Of a stretch of 64,000 nucleotides of DNA, positions 1-8,295 are shown in pieces. The DNA comes from a virus, in IMG/VR virus record IMGVR_UViG_3300036791_000399, positions 1-64,000 of that record. The stretch is one strand, 5' to 3'. Numbering within the stretch: the stretch's first letter is position 1; each line of letters starts with the position of its first letter. The notes under the pieces were generated by a model that ran no database searches, was not told the origin of the DNA, and was given only the letters and a program-made list of their open reading frames with translations. The position numbers were made by a program, and so were the translations under genes.

Positions 1-700
1 GACGATAGGACGAAAAGCGGGTTATTTGCGGGGACATCAGCGGGGTCATCGCCGGTAGAGTTGACAAGAGCCCCAGAAATGTGCGTTTTTCCGCGACCCC
101 CCCCTCGCGTACGCGCCCGCGCCCGCGTAAACGCCCACCGATCGAACGTGTGGAACCGAGCGCGTGCCGTGCGAGGCTACAAGCCGAGCCCCGGCCAAGC
201 TCTCCGGTAAACATTAGCCTACTGCATCCGCGCACACGCGCTCGCGCGCGTACGTGCGCGTGAAAAAAACCCGCTCCAGACCCCGGAACGTCGCACTTCA
301 TGCACAAAGCCCGTCCTGGAAACGGGGGTTACGCTCGGACCCTGAAGGGCGCTCGCCTGGGGGCTCGCTATCCGAGCTTCACCCCCTCGTTGGAAGGGTG
401 AAAAGAACGACCGCCTGATCGTACGATTTGTACCCCGGCGCGGGGCTTGCGGCGGCCGTGTGGCAACGCCGGTTTTTGGACAACTGGGGGACAGGCTGGG
501 GGACAATCGGCAATGCCGGTTTTTGGACAACGCCTAACCCGCTGATGTAGCAGGGGCTGCGACGCGATGTTGACGCCATGCCCACTGGGATCACCACCGC
601 CACCACCCCCTGGTGGGCCATGCGATCGACCCACCTCCCCCAGGCCTGGGCCGGAGGGGAGAAAGGGGGGGGGGGGAGCCCCTGCCGCGTCCATTGTCAT
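1..700. other. Non-coding region upstream of terS; probable packaging-initiation or genome-end region
   Basis: No credible ORF; alternating CG/CA tracts (108-141, 229-262); 12-nt G run at 665-676; C-rich before about 650 and G/T-rich after. Confidence 0.5.
462..531 (+). repeat. 23-bp direct repeat enclosing a 12-bp-spaced TGGGGGACA pair
   Basis: GGCAACGCCGGTTTTTGGACAAC (462-484) and GGCAATGCCGGTTTTTGGACAAC (509-531); TGGGGGACA at 485 and 497. Confidence 0.9.
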
Positions 701-765
701 TGTCAGCCCCCCGGCTAATATGCGGCTTGCTTTCTTCGCTACTCCATATAGATTTTGTGGTTCAC

Positions 766-1344
766 ATGAAAAAGCCGCGTCGAGTACTAAAGCATGTAGG
801 CCTCAAGGGCTGGGAGACGCTAGTGCCGGAGTGGCCAGTACCGCCTCCGAGGCCTTATGTACCGAGTACAGAGCCATTGCCTTTGTACTATGACCCGTGT
901 GACTATCGTTCTGGTCCGCGTGGGAGACAGCCCTCTGCTGAGGCGAGGGCGATAGTCAGTCGGATGGCGCGGTTTGGATTTAGTGCGCAGAAGATTGCGC
1001 GACTGACGGGTTTCCGGCCTAGCACTTTGTACCGGTCATTCAGAGAAGAATTGACCACTGCCGCCGACCTCGCGGATTTGGAGGTTCTGCAGAGTGCGTT
1101 TGATCAGGCGGTTGGGGGACCGGAGCGGAATTTTCGGCATGCTGACGCCTCGATGACCCGTTTGTGGTTAGGGCAGCGGCTGGGTTGGAAGCAGCCGACG
1201 GCGTATGATCAGGAGCGTCGTGCGCAGACGACGATTGATTTGGATCTTTTGTCAGACGAGGAATTGCATGAGCTTGATAGGCTCGTTAGCCGAGCGAGTG
1301 ACGGCGGATCAGGTGAGGGAGGCTCTTCGTCGTCGGGCCAGTGA
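766..1344 (+). CDS. terS: Terminase small subunit
   Basis: HTH-like segment (MARFGFSAQKIARLTG..STLYRSFREEL), C-terminal DLDLLSDEELHEL, overlaps terL; start set at ATG 766. Confidence 0.75.
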   Translation: MKKPRRVLKHVGLKGWETLVPEWPVPPPRPYVPSTEPLPLYYDPCDYRSGPRGRQPSAEARAIVSRMARFGFSAQKIARLTGFRPSTLYRSFREELTTAADLADLEVLQSAFDQAVGGPERNFRHADASMTRLWLGQRLGWKQPTAYDQERRAQTTIDLDLLSDEELHELDRLVSRASDGGSGEGGSSSSGQ

Positions 1345-2938
1345 TCAGCAGGCGAGGAATGTTGACCGCTCGGTTCCGGCGGTCAGAGCCAGATGCGAGC
1401 GGAGCCTTTACGCTTTCGTTCGGGAGGCTTGGCATGTTTTGGAGCCGGCGACGGAGTTTATTGGCAACTGGCATTTAGAGGCGATTTGCGAGCATTTGGA
1501 GGCGGTGTCGCAAGGCCTCATAACCAGACTGCTGATCAACATTCCTCCTGGCTCGATGAAGAGCCTGCTTGTCTCCAGCTTTTGGCCGGCCTGGGAGTGG
1601 GGTCCGCGCTCGATGATGAGCCTGCGCTATTTGACGACCTCATTCGCCGAGGTTGCCGTGGGCCGCGATTGCCGGCGGATGCGGGATCTCATTTTGAGTG
1701 ACTGGTATCAGAAGCACTGGCCCGATGTTCAACTCAAAAGGGTCGGGGAGTTTTCATTCGAAAACAGTATGACCGGATCCCGCGATGGCGTCGCCTTCGG
1801 CTCTCTGACCTCGAAGCGCGCTGATCGGTTGATCATTGACGACCCGCACAGCGTGATCAAGTCCGAGAGCAAGCTTGAGCGGCAGACGACCGTCCGCAAA
1901 TTCAGAGAGGGCGCGATCAACCGGCTGAACGATCAGAAGCGCTCGGCGATTGTGGTGGTGATGCAGCGGCTGCATTCGGGCGACATTGCCGGCGAGATCA
2001 TGGACACGGGGATGGGCTATGTGTGTCTGGTTTTGCCGATGGAGTACGAGAGCGGGCGGCATTGCAGTACAGAACTGGGGTTCTCTGACCCGCGCCGCGA
2101 GGAGGGGCAACTTCTGTGTCCGAGGCGGTGGCCGCGCGAGGTGTGCGACGACCTGAAGCGGGACATGGGGCCGGTTGGCTACGCCAGTCAGTATCAGCAG
2201 AGGCCGGTGCCGAGGGGCGGCGGGATCCTGCCGTACAATGGCTGGGAGTACTGGTGCAAGTCTGCGGCGCTGCCTTATGGCAGGAACGAGAACCAGTTCC
2301 CAGAGTTTGAGTACATTCTTGGCGTGGCGGACACGGCGTTCAACGAGAAGCAGGAGAACGACTACTCGGCGTTCGTTGTCTTAGGCATTTGGGCGAACTT
2401 GTATGGCCAGCCGCAGGTGATGCTGATCAGGGCGTGGCGGAAGCGGCTGAAGTTTCATGATCTGGTGCAGGAACTGATTAAGAGCGCCGAGAAGTGGCGG
2501 TGCGATCGGGTTCTGGTGGAGAACAAGGCGTCTGGGATCTCGGTGTTCCAGGAGATTGTGCGGCTGACGCGGGATGAGAGTTTCAGCGTGCAGTTGGTTG
2601 ACCCGAAGGGGGAGGACAAGGAGGCGCGGGCGAACAGTGTGTCGCACTTCCTCGGCGAGGAGCGGGATGACGGGACGCGGCGGGTGGGGATGGTCTGGGT
2701 GCCGTGCGTGACGCAAGCCGATGGGGCGGTATGGCCGCGCGACTGGGGGGAATTATTGATGGCGGAGGCCTCGGAGTTTCCCAAGGGCAAGCACGACGAT
2801 CTCGTCGACTGCTTTGTCCATGGGTTGCGTTTTCTGCGACTGCGTGGTTTGGTTCGGCGGGCTCGGGAGGTCGAGGTTGAGGTCGAGAGCGCGCTGCGGG
2901 ATCCGGGGACTGGGCCGCCGCCGCTCTATCCCACTTAA
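1268..2938 (+). CDS. terL: Terminase large subunit
   Basis: Walker A-like LLINIPPGSMKS, Walker B LIIDDP, VVMQRLH, YQQRP, nuclease motifs ADTA, DYSA, VENKASG, FPKGKHDDLVD. Confidence 0.95.
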   Translation: MSLIGSLAERVTADQVREALRRRASDQQARNVDRSVPAVRARCERSLYAFVREAWHVLEPATEFIGNWHLEAICEHLEAVSQGLITRLLINIPPGSMKSLLVSSFWPAWEWGPRSMMSLRYLTTSFAEVAVGRDCRRMRDLILSDWYQKHWPDVQLKRVGEFSFENSMTGSRDGVAFGSLTSKRADRLIIDDPHSVIKSESKLERQTTVRKFREGAINRLNDQKRSAIVVVMQRLHSGDIAGEIMDTGMGYVCLVLPMEYESGRHCSTELGFSDPRREEGQLLCPRRWPREVCDDLKRDMGPVGYASQYQQRPVPRGGGILPYNGWEYWCKSAALPYGRNENQFPEFEYILGVADTAFNEKQENDYSAFVVLGIWANLYGQPQVMLIRAWRKRLKFHDLVQELIKSAEKWRCDRVLVENKASGISVFQEIVRLTRDESFSVQLVDPKGEDKEARANSVSHFLGEERDDGTRRVGMVWVPCVTQADGAVWPRDWGELLMAEASEFPKGKHDDLVDCFVHGLRFLRLRGLVRRAREVEVEVESALRDPGTGPPPLYPT

Positions 2939-2952
2939 GGGGGAGGGTTAGG

Positions 2953-3225
2953 TTGGACAGTCGTTGGTGGCTGAAGGACAGCGTGATCGACACTTGGTTT
3001 GCGATGGGCGCTCGGGTGCTGAAGACGGAGGCGGCGCCGCAGAGCCTGCGGCCGCCGAGCTTGCGCGAAGCGATTTACGCCTGGGCTTTGGCTCAGCGCC
3101 CGTCCGAGACAATGACCACCCCGGAGACGGTCGAGTCTTACGTCAACGGGCTTGAGCTAGGCGCGATGAGCGCGTTGCGCGACGCCTGGGAGAGGCGCCA
3201 TGGCGAAAAAGAAGCGAGAAACTGA
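2953..3225 (+). CDS. Hypothetical protein
   Basis: ORF in tightly packed + strand block; start uncertain. Confidence 0.45.
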   Translation: MDSRWWLKDSVIDTWFAMGARVLKTEAAPQSLRPPSLREAIYAWALAQRPSETMTTPETVESYVNGLELGAMSALRDAWERRHGEKEARN

Positions 3226-3505
3226 GATCCCGCTTCGCGAGGGGGTTCGCGAGGGGATGCCTCGGCTGGAGCAGGTCAACGGCCTGATCATGAGTTTCGG
3301 CGTCCTGTGCAACGGCTATCCGAACGTCGACGTGATCAACGCCTTGATGCTGTTCACCGCGCAAGTGCTCACTTCCCAAACGCAGGACGAGCACATGGGG
3401 AAGATGGTCGACCGCTACACCGATTTTTTAACCGAGCGGGTGGCTGAAATGACTGCGGGGGCGCGGTCGAAGACGAAAGGAGGCGCGAGCCATGGAAAGG
3501 ACTGA
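3200..3505 (+). CDS. Hypothetical protein
   Basis: RBS-like GGAGAGG, packed ORF. Confidence 0.6.
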   Translation: MAKKKRETEIPLREGVREGMPRLEQVNGLIMSFGVLCNGYPNVDVINALMLFTAQVLTSQTQDEHMGKMVDRYTDFLTERVAEMTAGARSKTKGGASHGKD

Positions 3506-3908
3506 GATCGTCAACGCGAAGACGAAGGTGGAGATTGAGGTGCCGCCGCAATTGACGAAGAGCACCCGGCGCAAGAACGCCTATCACTGCGTGTTCGCCG
3601 AGGCCTGCACCAGGAGCCTGCATGTCGAGGAGGCGATCATTCACCTTTCGACGGCCTATCTCCGGTTTAAGGGCGAAAGGGTGTTTCGCCGCTACCGGGT
3701 GCAGATGCGGCTGCGCGATCAGATCATTTCGTTCGACCGGTTTGGCGTCTTCGACCCTGGTATTTACACGCTCGGCACCATCCAGCCGTCGCATCGGGCG
3801 AGCGGCGAGCGCCAGGGCTCGGACAAGGCTGGCAAGAGCGGCCAGAAGCGGCGCGGCGGCGTCAAGATCAAGGGCGTGCGCGAGCGCGCCAACATCGCCA
3901 CGCTTTAG
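3492..3908 (+). CDS. Hypothetical basic protein
   Basis: Strong RBS AAGGAGG; typical codon usage. Confidence 0.7.
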   Translation: MERTEIVNAKTKVEIEVPPQLTKSTRRKNAYHCVFAEACTRSLHVEEAIIHLSTAYLRFKGERVFRRYRVQMRLRDQIISFDRFGVFDPGIYTLGTIQPSHRASGERQGSDKAGKSGQKRRGGVKIKGVRERANIATL

Positions 3909-3910
3909 CG

Positions 3911-4132
3911 ATGCATGAGCGGCTGATCGATTGGTGGCGCCGGAAGAAGGAGCGCGAGGCGGAGCGCAGGCGTATCGCGGCGAGGATCGAGGAGCGCCTT
4001 TCTCCGCGCCAGGATGATGACCCGCCGCCGTCCTGGCCGAGCTTTGACTCATCGCCACCGGCGCCGGATCCGCCATCGTTTGATGGAGGCGGCGGCAGTT
4101 CGGGCGGCGGCGGCGCCTCTGGGGATTGGTGA
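3911..4132 (+). CDS. Small protein with Gly-rich FDGGGGSSGGGGASGDW tail
   Basis: C-terminus resembles the Gly-rich tail of TPM-domain proteins. Confidence 0.6.
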   Translation: MHERLIDWWRRKKEREAERRRIAARIEERLSPRQDDDPPPSWPSFDSSPPAPDPPSFDGGGGSSGGGGASGDW

Positions 4133-4323
4133 AGGAGAAGCGCTCGATGCTGATCAAGTACGACGACGAAAACGGCAAACCGCAGAACACCCAGATCCAG
4201 GACTGGGACGAGGACGACGACTACATCGAGATCGTCAATGGCTGGCATCATGAGGCCGAGGGGGTGCTGATCCCGCGCGCCAAGATCCAGGAGGTCATTT
4301 CGGCGCTGCGAGACTTGCAGTGA
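4129..4323 (+). CDS. Hypothetical protein
   Basis: GTGA overlap with upstream stop. Confidence 0.55.
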   Translation: MKEKRSMLIKYDDENGKPQNTQIQDWDEDDDYIEIVNGWHHEAEGVLIPRAKIQEVISALRDLQ

Positions 4324-4326
4324 GGA

Positions 4327-4530
4327 ATGGCGGTGCTGGCGATGATCCTGGCCTTGTGGCGAGCGCGGCAACGCGCGATCGACCTTAAGATCCTGTGGCC
4401 GATCTGTAAGCAGGGCGCGCCAGACCTCGATCACGCCAAGGCGGCGTTCGCCTATCATGCTTTCAGCGACCCGGCGTGGCTGTGTCTCGGCGAGGAGGCG
4501 ATCGTCGAGGCGATCGACAAGCTGGAATGA
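4327..4530 (+). CDS. Hypothetical protein
   Basis: Packed ORF, ATGA coupling to next gene. Confidence 0.55.
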   Translation: MAVLAMILALWRARQRAIDLKILWPICKQGAPDLDHAKAAFAYHAFSDPAWLCLGEEAIVEAIDKLE

Positions 4531-4712
4531 ACGAAATCGAAAAGGCGCTGCGGGCGCTCGTCGACCGGCTCGATGAGATCGTCGCTGATCCGGCGTTCAA
4601 AAGCGTGTGGGTAATCAATCAAATCCACGCAGGGCCCTATCGGGGTCCGAACTGGGTCGACGCTCTCGACCGCGCCCGCGCTGCTCTTGCTTCGATCGAA
4701 CGCCGTGAATGA
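4527..4712 (+). CDS. Hypothetical protein
   Basis: ATGA coupling; start set at ATG 4527. Confidence 0.55.
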   Translation: MNEIEKALRALVDRLDEIVADPAFKSVWVINQIHAGPYRGPNWVDALDRARAALASIERRE

Positions 4713-4869
4713 GATCTACGTCATCGCGTTCTTCGCGGCCATGATCGGCACGATGATTGGCTGGGCCCTCGGGTTTTATTTCGGCTGGAAGCTCGGCAGG
4801 AAGTGGGGCGAGGCTGACGGTGTCGCCTGGGCGACCAAGCGCCTGCAGGATCTCAGGAGGCGGGGATGA
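4705..4869 (+). CDS. Small membrane protein
   Basis: Hydrophobic IYVIAFFAAMIGTMIGWALGFYFGW followed by basic tail. Confidence 0.55.
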   Translation: MNEIYVIAFFAAMIGTMIGWALGFYFGWKLGRKWGEADGVAWATKRLQDLRRRG

Positions 4870-5138
4870 ACGACGTTGACACAGTCAATGATCGGGTCGG
4901 GCGGATCCGGCCGCTGCTCTCCGGCCTTGATCCGATCATGCAGATGAGCATTCTGGCTGATCTTATTTCCATGTTTCTCGTCGGTCATCTTGTGTTCGAT
5001 GAGAACGACCAGCTTGACCCGCTGGTGACGCAGAAACTGCGTGAGGAGAGGCTGCAGACTCTCGGCCGCATGGCGCAGGAACTGATGCCGATCAACCATG
5101 CTATGCTGATGGAGAGGAGAGGGGAGGCGTTGAATTGA
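4866..5138 (+). CDS. Hypothetical protein
   Basis: RBS AGGAGG, ATGA coupling. Confidence 0.6.
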   Translation: MNDVDTVNDRVGRIRPLLSGLDPIMQMSILADLISMFLVGHLVFDENDQLDPLVTQKLREERLQTLGRMAQELMPINHAMLMERRGEALN

Positions 5139-5380
5139 CTGAGCGGCCGCGAGGCGGGGCCAGAGGGATGCGTCCTGGCGACGCGACCCACGGGCTGCGC
5201 TGGTACGTCGTGCGGAGCAAGTACTGTTCGTACGATATAGACGATGACGAGGCGAAGGTTTGGACGCTCAGCCTAAGCCCATACATCCCCGGATGGGCCA
5301 CGGACAGCGGCTTTGGCGGCTACGGACTCCCTTATCCGCTAGCGCGCGAATTGGCCGACTCGGCGAACAGCCACAGTTGA
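5135..5380 (+). CDS. Hypothetical protein
   Basis: TTGA coupling with neighbours. Confidence 0.5.
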   Translation: MTERPRGGARGMRPGDATHGLRWYVVRSKYCSYDIDDDEAKVWTLSLSPYIPGWATDSGFGGYGLPYPLARELADSANSHS

Positions 5381-5577
5381 GCATCGCGGAGCGGCGCCGG
5401 GTAGTCGCCCGCGCAATGGACATGCAGGGGCGGATTTGGTGCTGGGACTGCGGCCAGGAGTGCGCGACGGTCGCTGATTACGAGCTAATCGTCGTCACCG
5501 AGGCCGAAGACATCGAGTTGATCTGCCTTGAATGCCGGGATGCGCTGATCGGCCGCAAGCGCAAGGGCCAGGATTAG
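5377..5577 (+). CDS. Small putative zinc-ribbon protein
   Basis: CWDC...CLEC; start set at TTG 5377. Confidence 0.5.
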   Translation: MSIAERRRVVARAMDMQGRIWCWDCGQECATVADYELIVVTEAEDIELICLECRDALIGRKRKGQD

Positions 5578-5621
5578 CTTGCCTGTCATCACTCGGTTGT
5601 GTTCAATCCACAGATTGTCGC

Positions 5622-5650
5622 TTGACAGTCTGTCGCGCTGTCTGCGACAG
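5622..5650 (+). promoter_or_regulatory. Promoter -35 plus palindromic operator
   Basis: TTGACA (5622-5627) followed by perfect TGTCGC-N7-GCGACA (5631-5649). Confidence 0.65.
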
Positions 5651-5673
5651 TGGGGAATACCGAGGATCATCCC

Positions 5674-6420
5674 ATGAAAAACCTTCTGCTCGCTACCACG
5701 CTTCTGGCTGCGGTCGGGGCGACGCCAGCCCATGCCCGTTTGCAGCTTTCGATCACCGCCAACGGCGCGACTTTTTCCTGTTTCGACGGGCAATTGTCGT
5801 GCGATCAGAGCGGCGGCGCGAATAACCTTCTCGTCATCGACCAGACCGTCGGCGGCGCGTTTGTCGAGGTCACTCTGGCCCAGAGCACGTTCGGGCACCC
5901 AGACATTCTCCAGCTTTCAAGCTCCAACATCGAGAACGTGAGCGGCGCTCCGATTCGGATCGGCTTGTTCGCCAGCGACACGGGCTTTTCGCCGCCCGTG
6001 CGCTCGATTTTGGAGAGCGGCTCGTTGACGTTCAACGACGCGGTTGGCTCTGGCCCGAGCGCCCTGTCGTTTTTTGCCGACACGCTCAACCGGCAGGGCG
6101 CGAATCCGACCAACACGCCAGGGACGAACCTCGATACGGTCGTCGGGACGCCGGTCACCAACCCGGATTCGTTCTCAGGCTCGCGTCTGTCGGCGTTTGC
6201 GTCCGACTCGCCGTTCTCGATGACGGAGAGCGCGTCCTTGGCGCTGATCGCTGGCGGCTCGATCACCGGCTTTAACCAGTCGATGCAGACCGCCGCGATC
6301 CCAGAGCCCTCGACTTGGGCTATGCTCGTCGCAGGCTTCGCGCTGTTCAGCCTTGTCGGCTGGAAGCGCAAGCGCACTGCGCGGGCGTTCGATTGCGAGG
6401 CGCAAGCGGGCAAATTGTAA
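5674..6420 (+). CDS. PEP-CTERM (PEPxxWA-type) sorting-domain surface protein
   Basis: Signal peptide MKNLLLATTLLAAVGATPAHA; S/T/G-rich body; C-terminal IPEPSTWAMLVAGFALFSLVGWKRKR. Confidence 0.92.
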   Translation: MKNLLLATTLLAAVGATPAHARLQLSITANGATFSCFDGQLSCDQSGGANNLLVIDQTVGGAFVEVTLAQSTFGHPDILQLSSSNIENVSGAPIRIGLFASDTGFSPPVRSILESGSLTFNDAVGSGPSALSFFADTLNRQGANPTNTPGTNLDTVVGTPVTNPDSFSGSRLSAFASDSPFSMTESASLALIAGGSITGFNQSMQTAAIPEPSTWAMLVAGFALFSLVGWKRKRTARAFDCEAQAGKL

Positions 6421-6553
6421 ATGGCTTGATTGCCCTATCCCTGGCGCTGGCGGTCTGGAGATTGACCGGCAGCGTTCTCGGATGGGCGGTGTTGTTCGTT
6501 CCCGGCGCGGTGCTTGTGACGATCGGGACCATCAGAGTTTTTGGAGGGGATGA

Positions 6554-7264
6554 ATGAAAAGGCTGCTTCTGGCCGGGACGTTCCTGGCGGCGATCTGCGC
6601 GCCCGCGCTGGCGGTGACGAGCTTCCATGTCGGCGGCAATCTGGCCTCCGGCTCGGATCCGATCGTCCTCGGGCAATCGAGCGAGTTCAAGATCATCGAC
6701 AACAACGGCGACGCCATCAATTCGCCGCTGACGGTCATCTTCGCCATTCCGTTCGGGGCGAATGACCCGACCGTATCGAGCTTCGATTTCGATGGCGGCC
6801 CGCACCAGACGTTGGTCGGCTCGCTGCTCGGCAAGGGTCTGTGGATCCCAGGCGCGCCAGGAGCGCCGAAAGACCTCTATTCGTTCGTCGGCTGCACCAA
6901 GGGCTGCGACAACTCGATCAACGAGACGAACATCGATCTGGCGCTCGGCAAGGCGGGCCTCGGGGATCCCTCGTTCTTTGGCGTGTTCGAATTGACGATC
7001 AATCAGGCGTTCGCCGCGAAGAACGATTTCGAGGACGTGTTCGGCTCGTTCGCCAACGGAACGGTGATTGCGCCGCTTGCCGATAATGACGTGAACGGCA
7101 AGACGACGTTCTTCGACACCTCATGGACGAACGCCGGCTTCGTCAATGCGGCGGCCGTCGTGCCTACGATCCCCGAGCCGTCGACCTGGGTGATGCTGGT
7201 GACCGGCTTCGCCTTCATGGCGTGGGGCGCCGCCACCCGCAGGCGCCTGCGCAACTTCTACTAA
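6554..7264 (+). CDS. PEP-CTERM (PEPxxWA-type) sorting-domain surface protein
   Basis: Signal peptide MKRLLLAGTFLAAICAPALA; C-terminal IPEPSTWVMLVTGFAFMAWGAATRRRLR. Confidence 0.92.
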   Translation: MKRLLLAGTFLAAICAPALAVTSFHVGGNLASGSDPIVLGQSSEFKIIDNNGDAINSPLTVIFAIPFGANDPTVSSFDFDGGPHQTLVGSLLGKGLWIPGAPGAPKDLYSFVGCTKGCDNSINETNIDLALGKAGLGDPSFFGVFELTINQAFAAKNDFEDVFGSFANGTVIAPLADNDVNGKTTFFDTSWTNAGFVNAAAVVPTIPEPSTWVMLVTGFAFMAWGAATRRRLRNFY

Positions 7265-7352
7265 TTGGGTTCGCGGCCGCCCTCCGGTTGGGCGAGAACG
7301 GAAGGCTGGGGGCGAGTGCCGCTATGCTCCCGGCGTAAAACGGGAGGTGCCA

Positions 7353-7478
7353 ATGATGCCTGACGAGGAAAATCCTCCGGTCGAGGTTAAGACCGAAGCG
7401 CCCGCAGAGCCGCCGCACGAGGCGGACGCGCCCGCAGAGCCCAAGTCCGAGGAGGCTGAGAAGGCTCCTCCAGCGTAA
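7353..7478 (+). CDS. Small acidic Pro/Glu/Ala-rich peptide (41 aa)
   Basis: RBS GGGAGG; MMPDEENPPVEVKTEAPAEPPHEADAPAEPKSEEAEKAPPA; below ORF-track cutoff. Confidence 0.55.
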   Translation: MMPDEENPPVEVKTEAPAEPPHEADAPAEPKSEEAEKAPPA

Positions 7479-7599
7479 GAGTTCTTGCGTCCGGGGGCGG
7501 ACTTCCGGCCGTCCCCGTGTTTCTTCCCCATTCATGATCGTACGATGCGGAGCTACGGCGCGGTCGCCGAGCGCTTTCGGCGAAACTAGGAGAGAAGCA

Positions 7600-8064
7600 A
7601 TGTCAACAACGGTTAAGATCGTCGGCGGCTATCTTGAAGTCGATATGGGTGCGAGTGGTCAGCCCCCATTGGGAATTTGGGGAGGTCGTCCGCCGAACTA
7701 TGTGGATATCGGCGGGCCGCCCCCGCAGCCGGGTATTGGTGGCGGTCCTGGTTCTCTGCCGCCATGGGTGATGCCGCCGATCCACTATCCGCCGAGCGGT
7801 GGCGGCGGACAGCCTCCTGGGATTTGGGGCGGCGCAAACGAGCCATTCCCGACGCCTCCGATTTATATCCAGCCGCCGGGAGCGCCTATTCCTCCGGGCG
7901 CGCCGCCGTGGGTGTCCCACCCAATTCCGCCGACTGTCTGGCCAGAGCCGCCGGTCGAGGGCGTGACACCGACGATGATCGAATGGAAGAGCGGTTGGTC
8001 GCAGGCGACCGGCTGGGTGGTCATTGGCATTCCGCAAGCGCCGCACCCGACGCCGTCGGCTTAA
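7600..8064 (+). CDS. Proline-rich protein with GIWGG repeats
   Basis: RBS AGGAGAG; PPxGIWGG twice; C-terminal IEWKSGWSQATGWVVIGIP. Confidence 0.75.
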   Translation: MSTTVKIVGGYLEVDMGASGQPPLGIWGGRPPNYVDIGGPPPQPGIGGGPGSLPPWVMPPIHYPPSGGGGQPPGIWGGANEPFPTPPIYIQPPGAPIPPGAPPWVSHPIPPTVWPEPPVEGVTPTMIEWKSGWSQATGWVVIGIPQAPHPTPSA

Positions 8065-8072
8065 GGGTGTTA

Positions 8073-8180
8073 GGCTCCAGGCACGGACAGCCGTGACGTT
8101 GGCTCGGGGGCGTCGTTAGCCCCCAAATTCGACGCCAGAAGCTTCCCCGATTTCCCCTTTCGGGGAACTGTGCCTGGGCC
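8073..8180 (+). ncRNA. Candidate structured RNA (four-way junction)
   Basis: Closing stem GGCTCCAGGCACGG/CTGTGCCTGGGCC enclosing three hairpins; intergenic; strand assumed from neighbours. Confidence 0.45.
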
Positions 8181-8198
8181 AGAGAGTTGGCTGTTCTA

Positions 8199-8231
8199 GG
8201 GGAGGGCGGTTTCCTTTCGTCCGCCCTCCCC
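8199..8231 (+). terminator. GC-rich hairpin, terminator-like
   Basis: GGGGAGGGCGG / CCGCCCTCCCC 11-bp perfect stem; no strong U tract. Confidence 0.5.
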
Positions 8232-8295
8232 GCCCTGGGGAGCATTTTCGTATAGAGTGACGGAGAGCGCAGAGGGACTGACCGGAGAGACTGAG

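Noticed and set aside
462-531. CRISPR-like repeat-spacer-repeat
   Set aside because: Only two repeats, the spacer is itself a repeat, and no cas genes are present
613-765. N-terminal extension of terS through the G12 run (phase variation)
   Set aside because: Extension is low-complexity and ATG 766 is a more plausible start, which leaves the G run non-coding
8073-8180. Cloverleaf as a tRNA gene
   Set aside because: No TTC T-loop, no 7-nt anticodon loop, closing stem too long, no CCA
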